Source: a virus. From it: DNA of 64,000 bases. A program made the translations under genes and the position numbers. The stretch spans positions 11,114-75,113 of IMG/VR virus record IMGVR_UViG_3300037200_000088. One strand, written 5' to 3'. The notes beneath the pieces are model-generated. The model did no database searches, had not been told where the DNA came from, and saw nothing but the letters and a program-made list of their open reading frames with translations. This document shows, in pieces, positions 1 to 9,140 of this stretch (positions are counted from its first letter, which is position 1; every line of letters begins with the position of its first letter).

Positions 1-51
1 TGAGGATTAGGCGCGGGGTCGCGTTTGCCGAACTACCGACGTCCGCGATGG

Positions 52-2169
52 TCAGAAGCTTTCAACAATGATCGCGTACCCGCTCGCGCCAGCGCCACCT
101 GCGCCCGCAGTCCCGCCGTTATCAGCGCAGCCACCTCCGCCACCACCGCCGCCAAAGGTGCCGCCAGCACCGCCTGCACCCGCGGCGGTTAGCGATGAAC
201 CACCTCCGGCACCGCCCGCTCCCGCTAGTTGTGTGTAGGGTTTTGCGCTCGTAAAAGACGCGCCGGCGCTACCAGTAACTCCCGCAGCGCCGCCTGAGGC
301 TTGTGTCACGCCAAACTGCGGAAAACCGCCTGCGCCACCGCTGAATACAGCGTTAATGGCAGATATTCCCCCGCCTGCGCCAGCGCCCGATGCGCCGTTG
401 TTTGGAGTAGACCAATCGGCGTTGCCGCCATTTGGCCCTGCACCACCATTCAGACCGCCCGCGCCGCTACCACCCGAGTTGAAAGATCCGGAATTTGCAG
501 CGTTACCGTTTGCGCCATAACCTCCGGCCACCCCCGCCCACGCGGCAGACCCTCCCGCGCTACTGCTGCCGTTACCCGCAGGCGACGTACCATATGCCCC
601 GCCGCTTCCGCCACCGCCGGAATTTGAGGCAAGCTGACCGCCGGCCCCGCCGCCGCTTCCGTTAGCATAGAGTAAAGTTCCGAAGCTTGTGGTGCCTCCT
701 CCAGCTCCATTGCCTCCGGCTGTGGTAGAACTTGTCGCGGCCGCACCGGCTGAGCCACCGCCGCCAATGGTAACTGTTAGAGATGTGCCGATTGCGGATA
801 TTGCAAATGTCGCTGCATTGGCTCCTCCTCCACCGCCGCCGGAGCCGCCCGAACAGGCGGCTAAGGATGCTTGAAGTGCGCCACCTCCGCCACCGCCTCC
901 ACCACCAACTAAAAATACGTCGACTTTCGCTGCACCGACGGTTGGAGTGTAAGTTGCCGCGCCGCCCGATGTCGTGAGTGTACAGCCACTTGCGCATACG
1001 GTTATGATGTTCGTTTTATGGGACCACGTAATGTTTGCCTGTCCTGTCCCACAAAAAACAGAATTTGGCGAAGCAAATGCGATAAGCTTGTTGAGTGGGC
1101 CGATAGTTGTGCTTAGCGCGGTTAAGTCAATGTCCATCGCGCAAGTTCCACTCCCGGATTGCTGGAACAGCGTATTGTCAACGCTTATATAGGGAGCGCT
1201 TATTCTTATGTTTGCTATTGTCGCAGTGTCGACCGCAACGCCATCAACAACATCAGAGTATCCATTGAGTTGCATATCATACTGTGGATATAAACCGGAT
1301 ACGGCTTGCCAAGTGTGGGTCCCAGGACCAAAGTGGTTATTACCCGTTGCATTATCTATGATGTTAGATATCGACGCGCTGGTAGCTATCAGCCCGGTAA
1401 AATCGCTGTCACTAGCGCCGTTTTCGAGATCGTGTGGGGGCAGATCAGCTAAAACACTGTAGCAAGTATGGCCGGTATCGTTTACGTTTTGAATGAGATT
1501 TCCGGTTCCAAGAGACTCTTCATAGCCTCCACTAGCTGTTCCATTTTGAGTTGCCGTTTGAAACCTAACGTTCGATCCCGTCATGGAAGCGTTTGCTACG
1601 TTCCGATAGACTACATTGTATGACGTAAAACCGCGAGAATAAGCGATGTCGAGATCATGAGCCGCAAGGCAGTAACCGTCTACCCGCAGGTTATTGAGAC
1701 TAATCTGGACAAGTGTGCTGGCAACACCCTCTGTTAGAACCGAAGCGGGCGGCGTCGCACATCCCGGCATGACTCGTATCGTCGCCCCAGCAGAAGCTCC
1801 ATTTATCACAAGCGAAACTGTCGTCGGGAGACTTACCGTGGCGGCGCATACGTTATACGCCCCGCTCGGCGGCGGCGGCAGATACAACGTCCCTCCGCCG
1901 TCCGCAGTCAGTTGCGTGATCGCCGCGTTGATCGCCGCGCTATCATCCCCACCCGTTCCCGCCGATGCGTTGAAGTCCATCGGTGTGCGCGTCCACGCGG
2001 ATCGTGTCGACGCGGAAGCTGCTGCCGAGCCGCCGTTCGCCGTGTACGGAACAGACGCCGACGGACCATTGAAATCCGCGAACGCGGGCGCGATGAACAG
2101 CCAAACAAACGCGAATAGCGCGAACCCGGCGCGCATCCTCGAAGCCGCGCGAGAGAGCAAGCCGCGCAT
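52..2169 (-). CDS. Tailspike/depolymerase-like protein: signal peptide, pectate-lyase-like beta-helix, C-terminal glycine-rich domain
   Basis: FALFAFVWLFIAPAFA|D signal; DFNASAGTGGDDSAAINAAI...GGGTLYLP motif; C-terminal TYTPTVGAAKVDVFLVGGGGGGG...GASGYAIIVESF. Confidence 0.75.
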   Translation of the reverse strand: MRGLLSRAASRMRAGFALFAFVWLFIAPAFADFNGPSASVPYTANGGSAAASASTRSAWTRTPMDFNASAGTGGDDSAAINAAITQLTADGGGTLYLPPPPSGAYNVCAATVSLPTTVSLVINGASAGATIRVMPGCATPPASVLTEGVASTLVQISLNNLRVDGYCLAAHDLDIAYSRGFTSYNVVYRNVANASMTGSNVRFQTATQNGTASGGYEESLGTGNLIQNVNDTGHTCYSVLADLPPHDLENGASDSDFTGLIATSASISNIIDNATGNNHFGPGTHTWQAVSGLYPQYDMQLNGYSDVVDGVAVDTATIANIRISAPYISVDNTLFQQSGSGTCAMDIDLTALSTTIGPLNKLIAFASPNSVFCGTGQANITWSHKTNIITVCASGCTLTTSGGAATYTPTVGAAKVDVFLVGGGGGGGGGALQASLAACSGGSGGGGGGANAATFAISAIGTSLTVTIGGGGSAGAAATSSTTAGGNGAGGGTTSFGTLLYANGSGGGAGGQLASNSGGGGSGGAYGTSPAGNGSSSAGGSAAWAGVAGGYGANGNAANSGSFNSGGSGAGGLNGGAGPNGGNADWSTPNNGASGAGAGGGISAINAVFSGGAGGFPQFGVTQASGGAAGVTGSAGASFTSAKPYTQLAGAGGAGGGSSLTAAGAGGAGGTFGGGGGGGGCADNGGTAGAGGAGASGYAIIVESF

Positions 2170-2822
2170 CAGTTCGCCCCCACGCTAACGGGCGTCGAAG
2201 CCGCCGAGGCAATAGCGTGCACAGCGCCTGTAGGAACCAACGTCCCGCCGTCGGGCCACGACCTATGCCAGAGCGGCGGGAGGGTGATTTCGCCCGCGGC
2301 GCATTGAGTTCCCGTGATCGTTGCCGCCGCGCCGAAGTTGATGCAGACCGTCGCGGAAGGACTCCCGCTGATCACGTCGAGATAGTTGGTGACCGCGTTC
2401 GCCGCGAGGATTGTGACGTCGGAGGTCCCTACCGTCTGCGCCGTATAGGGCGACGCGGACTTCGACGGCGTCAGGCTTTCGACCGAAGCCGCCGCCGCCC
2501 CGACCGCCCCCGACGAAACCACCGCGCTTGCGCCATTCGCCCCAAGCGCCCAAATATGCGAGGTCGTCTGAACCGGCGCCGGCGGATCCCCGAACCGCTG
2601 CACATGGCCGCCGGAATTGTTGGCCGGCTGCGAATCCGCGACCTGATAGATCACGTTGCCACCGACCGCGCCGAGCAGGATCGGGCCGGGGCCAAGGTCG
2701 GTGTAGGTGGTCGAGCTCAGCGAGACGACATTGGTCACCGTCGCCGCGTCGGCGGGGACCGCGGACGCGAGCCATAGGCACGCGATCGTCGCCGCAAACC
2801 ACCGTTTCGACATTTCAAACAT
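2169..2822 (-). CDS. Signal-peptide protein with two small beta-rich (decoration/spike-base-like) domains
   Basis: MSKRWFAATIACLWLASAVPADA|A; stop overlaps the start of the next gene at 2169. Confidence 0.65.
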   Translation of the reverse strand: MFEMSKRWFAATIACLWLASAVPADAATVTNVVSLSSTTYTDLGPGPILLGAVGGNVIYQVADSQPANNSGGHVQRFGDPPAPVQTTSHIWALGANGASAVVSSGAVGAAAASVESLTPSKSASPYTAQTVGTSDVTILAANAVTNYLDVISGSPSATVCINFGAAATITGTQCAAGEITLPPLWHRSWPDGGTLVPTGAVHAIASAASTPVSVGAN

Positions 2823-2836
2823 CTTGTAAGCCTCGC

Positions 2837-5425
2837 TCAGATCCCGCCGTCAGCTGTGTAGTGGGCGCACAACAGATCGCCGATGCCGCTCACCGTCGCG
2901 CCGGCCTGGATCGTAAAGCCGTTGGCGCTGACGCCAGCCGCGGGAACCGAGGCCGTCACGCTGGCGCCGGCCGTCACGTCCCACCAATTGGCGTTGGCGG
3001 CATCCGGATTGAATATCGCGATCGTCGGCGCCTTCAGCATGGGCGTCTCGAACGGGACCGTCAGCGAAGGCTCGCCGTTGGCAATCGGGTTGCCGACACA
3101 CGACGCGCCCCCCGTCGCGCCTGTCGCTGTGAGGGTCCCCGTCGCCGGCGATGTTCCGCCGCCAAATGTATAGGTGAAGGTCGTCGGGCTCGTGACCGTG
3201 ACCGCGTAGGACCCATTGTAGGCGCTCGGCGTCGCGCCCGCGATAGTCAAGGTCTGGCCGTTGGCGATCAGCGCGGTGTTGGCGACCGTCGCCGTCGCCG
3301 TAGTCGAAGACGATGTCAGGCTGCTGATTGAGAGCGATCCGGCGTTTTGAGCCGGCAGCACGCCTTGCGGGAAACTCGACCGATAGAACAGCCGTACGCG
3401 GCCAAGCTCTTCGGCATAGCTGCGCTGCTGCCAGCCGTTGTCCGCCTCCGCCGCCACCAGACGCACAGAGCTATAGTCGAGCGACGAACCGTTCGGCTCC
3501 GAGACGAAGGGCGTCGCGCTCGCCGCCGCATTGGCGTTGCCGCCGATCCACTGCCGATAAGTTGATGTCTGCGAGCCTGTTCCGCTTCCGGTGTCGAACA
3601 CGACCTTGAGCGAAGCCAAGCCAGGCGCAGTGATTGCAAAATTCGCGTTCGGCGCGGTCTGGTTGTAATTGTCGTAGGGAATTCGGAAAGAGAAGGTCTG
3701 AAGCGTTCCCGCTGCGGCTGTGTAAGTGAACGGGATGACATAGTCGGTCGTGGCGTTGATATTCTGGATCGACACGCTCTGGGTGAGCGGCGTCACCGAA
3801 GACTTCATCTGGAACGACAGCACCAAATCGCGCGGCGTCTGATTACCGCCAGACGTCCAGTTCAACTCTTGGGCGAAGGCGCCGGGGATATCTTGAACGA
3901 TGCCATGAAGTTCGCCTGAGGCCGGTGAACCGCTGGTCGAGACAACGGCATGCAGGCTCGACGCGCAAAATCCGAAGTTGTTGGCGACGGTCTCGAAAAA
4001 TTCAGAGCCGGTCGATTGATACGTTCCCCATTGATCCGGACCAAACCCCGCGGAGAACGCCGTGCGGTTTTTTCGCTGGTCGAAGTAGAAGCAAGGATTG
4101 GTGATCAGGTTGCCAGATTGCGGTGTGGTGAAATTGCTGCCGCCGACGATGTTGGTCGCACCCTTCAGCCCGTTAAAATCGTTCGGACCGAGCCCCACGT
4201 TGAGTACATTTCCGACGTCCGAATAGCCGTAGCTGGTGTTGCCTCCGCCGTCGTCATAGACGGTGTTGCCCTCGAGATAGCTGCCGTTGGCGACATTCGA
4301 CGGCTGCCCCGGGACCGAAGCGACAAAGCCAGAGTTGTAATAGTCGGAATGGTTGCAGGTGCCCGCGTCGACGGCGCGGTTCCCGAGCAGCGAGACCTTG
4401 CCGTAAAAGGTAAAACCCGCGCCACACGTCTTGTAGGACGTGTTGCCCGATACGACGACGCCGTTGTAGCCGATCTCGTAGCCGTCCAGCCAAGTGTTGC
4501 TGGCGTCGGCCGATGTCATCGAATTCTCGACCTTGTTGTCCTCGACGGTCACGTTCTTGGTGACAGGGTCCGACCAGCCGACGACCTCGAAGGTAATCCC
4601 GGCGCCATACCCCCAGCCGTTGACTCGGTTGCGGTCGATGTGGTGATTGTCGCCGACGCCGAAGACGCCGACGCCGGTATTGACCAGCCAATTATCGGTG
4701 ACGTCCAAATTCGACGATGGAAAACTCTGGTTGCCGCAGTTGACGCCCTCGTTGAACTGGTTGCTCGGCGCGGTCAGCGAGAAATAATTGCGCGCGATAT
4801 GCGCGCTGGTCATGCCGTAGCACTGGATCAGATAGAGCGCGCCGCCCGTGGTGAGAGAGCCGTTGACAACCGCGCTATCCTCGAAATCGAGAGCGCCGCC
4901 CGGCGAGGCATAGATTCCGCCGGCGTAAACCGAGGCCGTGTTGCCGCCTAGATCGAGCGTGAAATGTTCGAAATGATGCGTCTGCCCGTTGCCGGCGAGG
5001 GTCAGAATAACGCCGTTTGGCGTCTGTCCGGAGGCCACCTTGAGGCCGCCGCCGTGGATGCCTTCGAAACGGAAATTCTGATTGATGGTCGGGAAGTTCG
5101 CCCAGTTGACCAGGCACGTCCCGGGAAAGGTGACCTCGAAGCCGCCGGACGTCAGATTGAGCTGGTTGATCATCGCCGTGACTTTGGCGGTGTCGTTGGT
5201 CGCGCCATCGCAGGCGAGACCAAAATCGAGGCGCGCGTCGAGTTGCGCGCCATCGTGGGTCGCGCGCCGCGCCGGCGACGCCGGGAACAGGCCCGGGCCA
5301 ACGCCGGTGAACGGCACGAGCGGCCCCGAGGGTGCGCCCGTTCCGGCAGGAACAGCAAGCGCCGCGGTAGACAGCGCTCCCCCAAGCGCGAAAGCTAGAT
5401 AGCCGGCGAGAAGTCGCTTGATCAT
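2837..5425 (-). CDS. Tailspike/depolymerase-like protein: signal peptide, beta-helix, C-terminal fibre/carbohydrate-binding-like domain
   Basis: MIKRLLAGYLAFALGGALSTAALA|V; LDFGLACDGATNDTA motif; Asn ladders; VRLVAAE...RSYAEELGRVRLFY resembles the phage fibre 'VQLE..ATPFE.R...EL..CQRYY' motif. Confidence 0.75.
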   Translation of the reverse strand: MIKRLLAGYLAFALGGALSTAALAVPAGTGAPSGPLVPFTGVGPGLFPASPARRATHDGAQLDARLDFGLACDGATNDTAKVTAMINQLNLTSGGFEVTFPGTCLVNWANFPTINQNFRFEGIHGGGLKVASGQTPNGVILTLAGNGQTHHFEHFTLDLGGNTASVYAGGIYASPGGALDFEDSAVVNGSLTTGGALYLIQCYGMTSAHIARNYFSLTAPSNQFNEGVNCGNQSFPSSNLDVTDNWLVNTGVGVFGVGDNHHIDRNRVNGWGYGAGITFEVVGWSDPVTKNVTVEDNKVENSMTSADASNTWLDGYEIGYNGVVVSGNTSYKTCGAGFTFYGKVSLLGNRAVDAGTCNHSDYYNSGFVASVPGQPSNVANGSYLEGNTVYDDGGGNTSYGYSDVGNVLNVGLGPNDFNGLKGATNIVGGSNFTTPQSGNLITNPCFYFDQRKNRTAFSAGFGPDQWGTYQSTGSEFFETVANNFGFCASSLHAVVSTSGSPASGELHGIVQDIPGAFAQELNWTSGGNQTPRDLVLSFQMKSSVTPLTQSVSIQNINATTDYVIPFTYTAAAGTLQTFSFRIPYDNYNQTAPNANFAITAPGLASLKVVFDTGSGTGSQTSTYRQWIGGNANAAASATPFVSEPNGSSLDYSSVRLVAAEADNGWQQRSYAEELGRVRLFYRSSFPQGVLPAQNAGSLSISSLTSSSTTATATVANTALIANGQTLTIAGATPSAYNGSYAVTVTSPTTFTYTFGGGTSPATGTLTATGATGGASCVGNPIANGEPSLTVPFETPMLKAPTIAIFNPDAANANWWDVTAGASVTASVPAAGVSANGFTIQAGATVSGIGDLLCAHYTADGGI

Positions 5426-5435
5426 CGTAGGTCTC

Positions 5436-5789
5436 TCAAACCAGATTGTAGACAGTTGCCGTGGCGGCGTTCGAACCTGGAAAGTTGAACTGCGTGCATT
5501 GGAACGGGTAAGTCTGCCAACCGACTCCCACCGGCAGCGTCAGCGCCGACGAATCTGGAAATGTGAACGTCAGATTGCCAGCAACAGACGCCAGCACGCC
5601 GACCGATCGTTGCGGCTGATAATTCTGCCCTGCTGACATCGCGACCGCGCCAGCAAAAGCCGCGCTTTGCATGTCGGAGGTGACAGGCACAAACGGCCCG
5701 GCGCCGACACCGCTCTGATCGATGAAGGCAACCGGCTTGATGACCGGATCGGCGGTCCGCGCGTTGAGCGTGGTCAGGATTGCGGGCAT
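5436..5789 (-). CDS. Small structural protein resembling the RcGTA head-spike base (Rcc01079/GhsA-like)
   Basis: C-terminal pattern RSVGVLASVAGNLTFTFPDSSALTLPVGVGWQTYPFQC...ATATVYNLV, recalled by eye. Confidence 0.5.
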   Translation of the reverse strand: MPAILTTLNARTADPVIKPVAFIDQSGVGAGPFVPVTSDMQSAAFAGAVAMSAGQNYQPQRSVGVLASVAGNLTFTFPDSSALTLPVGVGWQTYPFQCTQFNFPGSNAATATVYNLV

Positions 5790-5801
5790 GTGGTCAAATC
5801 C

Positions 5802-6059
5802 TCACAGCAGATAGCCGGGCAAGCTCATGTCGAGCGTTAAGGTCACCAGAATCGATCCAGGCAGGCTCATGTCGAGCGTCAGCGTCACGGGGGCAGGATC
5901 TGGCACGCCTTCCGTTAAGCTCGCCAAGGCCGCTGCCTGCGCCGCGCTGGCCGTTGCTGCGGTTGCAGCCGCCGCCGACGCCGCCGCACTCGCCGCGGTC
6001 GCCGCAATGGTCATGGCAAGGCTCGGCACGGCGGAAGGTTGATGGCCGCCTCCGCGCAT
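5802..6059 (-). CDS. Small Ala-rich protein; duplicate of the C-terminus of the upstream gene
   Basis: Ala-rich helix plus two TLTLDMSLPG motifs; similar to the C-terminus of 6071..6628. Confidence 0.65.
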   Translation of the reverse strand: MRGGGHQPSAVPSLAMTIAATAASAAASAAAATAATASAAQAAALASLTEGVPDPAPVTLTLDMSLPGSILVTLTLDMSLPGYLL

Positions 6060-6115
6060 GGCGCAAAATCCTAAAGCAGGGTGTAGCCGGGAACGCTCAT
6101 GTCGAGCGTTAAGGT
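5823..6115. repeat. Three copies of GCTCATGTCGAGCGT (encodes TLDMS on the minus strand)
   Basis: Copies at 5823-5837, 5865-5879 and 6095-6109; copies 1 and 3 share 21 bp. Confidence 0.9.
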
Positions 6116-6628
6116 GATCGGGAATTCGTCATCGTATACTGAGACGAGCGTCGCCACGGCTGCAGCAGCAGCGCCAGCCGAGACCGCCGCCGTTACCGCA
6201 CTGCCCGCCGCTGCCGCGATGGCGCTGGCGACGCTCGGCATGGCAAAGAGCGGTTGTGCCCCAGCCATCCTCCAGGTGTCGTCGGCGCCCGTAGGAGCGC
6301 TCGGCGATCCGCCCACGGCAGCCTCGGTTACGCCGCCGTGGAAGGCGATCGATCCCCAGCCCGCAAGTTCGAAATCGCAGCCCGGCAGGATAAAGCCGAA
6401 ATCGTAAGTCGCGGGCCCTGGCGTCAGCGCCGCCAGGGCCGCCTCGGTCCACCGGAAAGTCACAACCGGCGCAATGCCGCCAGTATAGATCTGGTCCCCG
6501 CTGTCCGAGTCAAGCAAGAGTTGATCGGACCAATTGCGGATTTGCATGCGCCATGTCGCGCTCGCGAGCGAGGGGTAGAGTGTCGCAAAATCCACGACCG
6601 CGAAGCTGACCTGCTGGCGTTGGTTCAA
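6071..6628 (-). CDS. Stand-alone baseplate-anchor (BppU-N-like) domain protein, paralogous to the tailspike N-terminus
   Basis: TYDFGFILPGCDFE...APTGADDT versus TYSAELGFTLPGADYE...APTGADDT in 6656..8545; true start probably upstream of 6628. Confidence 0.65.
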   Translation of the reverse strand: MNQRQQVSFAVVDFATLYPSLASATWRMQIRNWSDQLLLDSDSGDQIYTGGIAPVVTFRWTEAALAALTPGPATYDFGFILPGCDFELAGWGSIAFHGGVTEAAVGGSPSAPTGADDTWRMAGAQPLFAMPSVASAIAAAAGSAVTAAVSAGAAAAAVATLVSVYDDEFPITLTLDMSVPGYTLL

Positions 6629-6655
6629 GGATGCGACATATTTGATGATCGCCTC

Positions 6656-8545
6656 CTAGATGTTGTTGCCGCCGTTGACGACGCCGTTGAGGCTGCCTCC
6701 GGTCAGCAGATATCCACCGCCGCTGTTCAACGAGATGTTATTGACGACTAGACAGTTCCCCCCCAAGCCAGCGGTCTCTACATCATAGAGCGTCGCGTCG
6801 ATCGCTACGCTCTCCGCCCCCGTTCCGTCGAAGACGTTGTTTGTAACGATGCCAGGCAAGAAGAAATCGTTCGAGCTCATAAGAACCAAGCCAGGCGGGC
6901 AAGCCACGCCGCCAGTGCCTCCCGGGGCAGCCGCCGTTGCGGTAAACGTCGTCCCTACCGTGTTGTTTGGCGATCCTAGCGAGGTCCAACTCGTGCTGCC
7001 GGCGGTGATGATGGTGTACCGATCTCCGACGGTGAGATACTGTGGATCGAGGTTGCTGGTAATCACCGTATTTCCTACGAAGCGGATACCCCCGCATCCA
7101 TTGAACTTCGCGGTTCCCAACGAGCAGCCCTGCACTCTCCACTCAACGTTATCCTGATCGGTTGCAGCCATGTCGATAGACCGAACAGATTGACCGATGA
7201 TCAAACTGTCGAGGACAAAAACCCCTTGCGGGTCCTGGTTAACACCAGTCCCGCCGCTCGCATGAAATTGGACTCCGAAACACCCACCGAGCAATGTGCA
7301 CTTCTCAAAATAGATGGCGGTAGGAACGTTTGGCGAAGAACCCGACAAGGAGGTTTTATGCACGACGCAGGCCGATTGACTTCCTAGAACCGCGTCGGCG
7401 GCGGCGCTGAAGTTGATGTAGCAATCGTTCATATCCTGCAAGAACAGGCCAACGAAAGCAAACTTCTGTCCATAGGTTGCTGACGCGGTATACAGCGAGA
7501 CGTTGTCGATGACGCACGACCGAACGCCCGCGCCTGGCGCGCCGGCTATGCCAGTCATTTTGACGTTGATGGCGCCGACTATTGTTCCGACCGCGCTTCC
7601 GATTGAGTCCCCGACAGGGCAATCTATTACGACCTTGAAGTCCCTGAGCAGAAGCGAGCCGCACTGGCCGTCGTAGGAGTTGGCGTCTGCAATGGCGAAA
7701 TTGAGCGTGGCGCTCGCGCTTCCGAGAATGATCTTCGACTGGCCGCCGACGCCGAACATACTGACGGCCTGGTTGATTGCGATCGTTGCCCCGACCTGGG
7801 CTGTGATCATGTACTCGCCCGCCAGCAGGGCCATCTTGCCGCTGTTGATGGCGCCCTGGAGGGGTATGGTGTCGTCGGTCAGGCCTAGGCCGCCGGCTTC
7901 GAACATTTCCGGTGTGACAAAGGCCCCGGAAAACAAGACGCCGCTAGGGCCGACCAACGCAGCGCCGAGAGCGATTGCGCCCGAGCCCTGGAGTACATGC
8001 GGGGTGGGCGAGTAAAGCGCGAGTTGCCCAGCGCTGCCAAACCCTATAGCCGCCGCGACCGCCGCATTGATCGCGGCGGTGACTGTCGCATCCAACGTGA
8101 CCGTCGCCGCTGGCGTCGGGTTGGCGCCGCCGATAACCGTGTCATCAGCGCCCGTCGGCGCCGCTGGTGTCCCGGCCGCTGGCGGGACAACGACGCCGGC
8201 CAAGAAGGCGATCGTCCCGCCGTCGACTCGCTCGTAATCCGCGCCCGGCAACGTGAAGCCAAGTTCGGCTGAATATGTCAGGGTCGCCACGCCGATCAGC
8301 AGCGAGGCTGGACATCTGACGACAACCTGCGCCGGAGGCCCCGCAAGGAAGGCCACCGTCGCATTCGCATTTTGCGGCGAGCCGCCGGTGCGAAAATCCA
8401 GCGTTATGACCGGCGACCCCGCCATCGGACGGATCTGGAAAATCCAGACCGCCTCAGCGAGGTTCGAATAAATGCTGGCGAAGTTGGAGACGTTGTAGGT
8501 GAACTGGAAACGCTCGTTGAGATAAGCGGTGAGGCTTAATGTCAT
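6656..8545 (-). CDS. Tailspike: anchor domain plus beta-helix depolymerase-like domain
   Basis: FVTPEMFEAGGLGLTDDTIPLQGAINSGK motif; beta-helix-like C-terminus; ATGA overlap with the upstream gene. Confidence 0.75.
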   Translation of the reverse strand: MTLSLTAYLNERFQFTYNVSNFASIYSNLAEAVWIFQIRPMAGSPVITLDFRTGGSPQNANATVAFLAGPPAQVVVRCPASLLIGVATLTYSAELGFTLPGADYERVDGGTIAFLAGVVVPPAAGTPAAPTGADDTVIGGANPTPAATVTLDATVTAAINAAVAAAIGFGSAGQLALYSPTPHVLQGSGAIALGAALVGPSGVLFSGAFVTPEMFEAGGLGLTDDTIPLQGAINSGKMALLAGEYMITAQVGATIAINQAVSMFGVGGQSKIILGSASATLNFAIADANSYDGQCGSLLLRDFKVVIDCPVGDSIGSAVGTIVGAINVKMTGIAGAPGAGVRSCVIDNVSLYTASATYGQKFAFVGLFLQDMNDCYINFSAAADAVLGSQSACVVHKTSLSGSSPNVPTAIYFEKCTLLGGCFGVQFHASGGTGVNQDPQGVFVLDSLIIGQSVRSIDMAATDQDNVEWRVQGCSLGTAKFNGCGGIRFVGNTVITSNLDPQYLTVGDRYTIITAGSTSWTSLGSPNNTVGTTFTATAAAPGGTGGVACPPGLVLMSSNDFFLPGIVTNNVFDGTGAESVAIDATLYDVETAGLGGNCLVVNNISLNSGGGYLLTGGSLNGVVNGGNNI

Positions 8546-9129
8546 GGCGCTGGCCACGCTGCGGCGTCAATCGCGGCTTCTGTCGTGATCGTCGCGGCGG
8601 TAATCGCGGCCATGACTGTTTCGAGCGCGGCGAAGGTCGACTGAACCCAATCTGCGATATTGTCGGCGGTCGTTAGGAAATCAGCAGCGGAGATCGTCAC
8701 GAAGGCGCCAGTCGAAGAGAATTGCCAAAGCACGCTGGTCGGCGCGCCGGATTGTTGTAGGCGCAGCGCGTTGCCGGTGATCAACGCCAGCGAAGTCGGG
8801 TCGGTGGCGAATAGGTAGGAGGTTCCCTCGATCGTTACGTTGTGGCCGCCGGTCGCTAACGTCCATTGCTTCGCGTTGGCGTAGGCTAGGAGTTGCGCGG
8901 TCGTTGGAGCCGGAAGCGTCGGGGCTGCGGGCGCGATCAGCGCGCCGCCGGAGAGCGTCCATCCAATCCCGGCGCCGGGCTGGATCATGAAAGACGACCC
9001 GGTCGGCGGCGACATCGTTGCACCGCCGGGCAGCGAAAGAACGCCGCCGGATAGCGTCGCCGCGGCGTCGACCAGCAGCGTGTTGACGACGACGCCGCCC
9101 ACGACTTCTTGAACAATTTGCGTAACCAT
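8542..9129 (-). CDS. Tail fibre assembly-like protein (DUF4376-like)
   Basis: LLAYANAKQWTLATGG...WVQSTFA...AAIDAAAWP; directly follows the fibre gene. Confidence 0.7.
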   Translation of the reverse strand: MVTQIVQEVVGGVVVNTLLVDAAATLSGGVLSLPGGATMSPPTGSSFMIQPGAGIGWTLSGGALIAPAAPTLPAPTTAQLLAYANAKQWTLATGGHNVTIEGTSYLFATDPTSLALITGNALRLQQSGAPTSVLWQFSSTGAFVTISAADFLTTADNIADWVQSTFAALETVMAAITAATITTEAAIDAAAWPAP

Positions 9130-9140
9130 CCGCGCGCCCC

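Noticed and set aside
5790-5804. TGA readthrough into 5436..5789
   Set aside because: In frame, but the downstream gene has its own RBS and ATG; one-in-three chance
5790-6115. DGR template/variable repeat pair
   Set aside because: No reverse transcriptase in the window; repeats are short and differences are not adenine-specific
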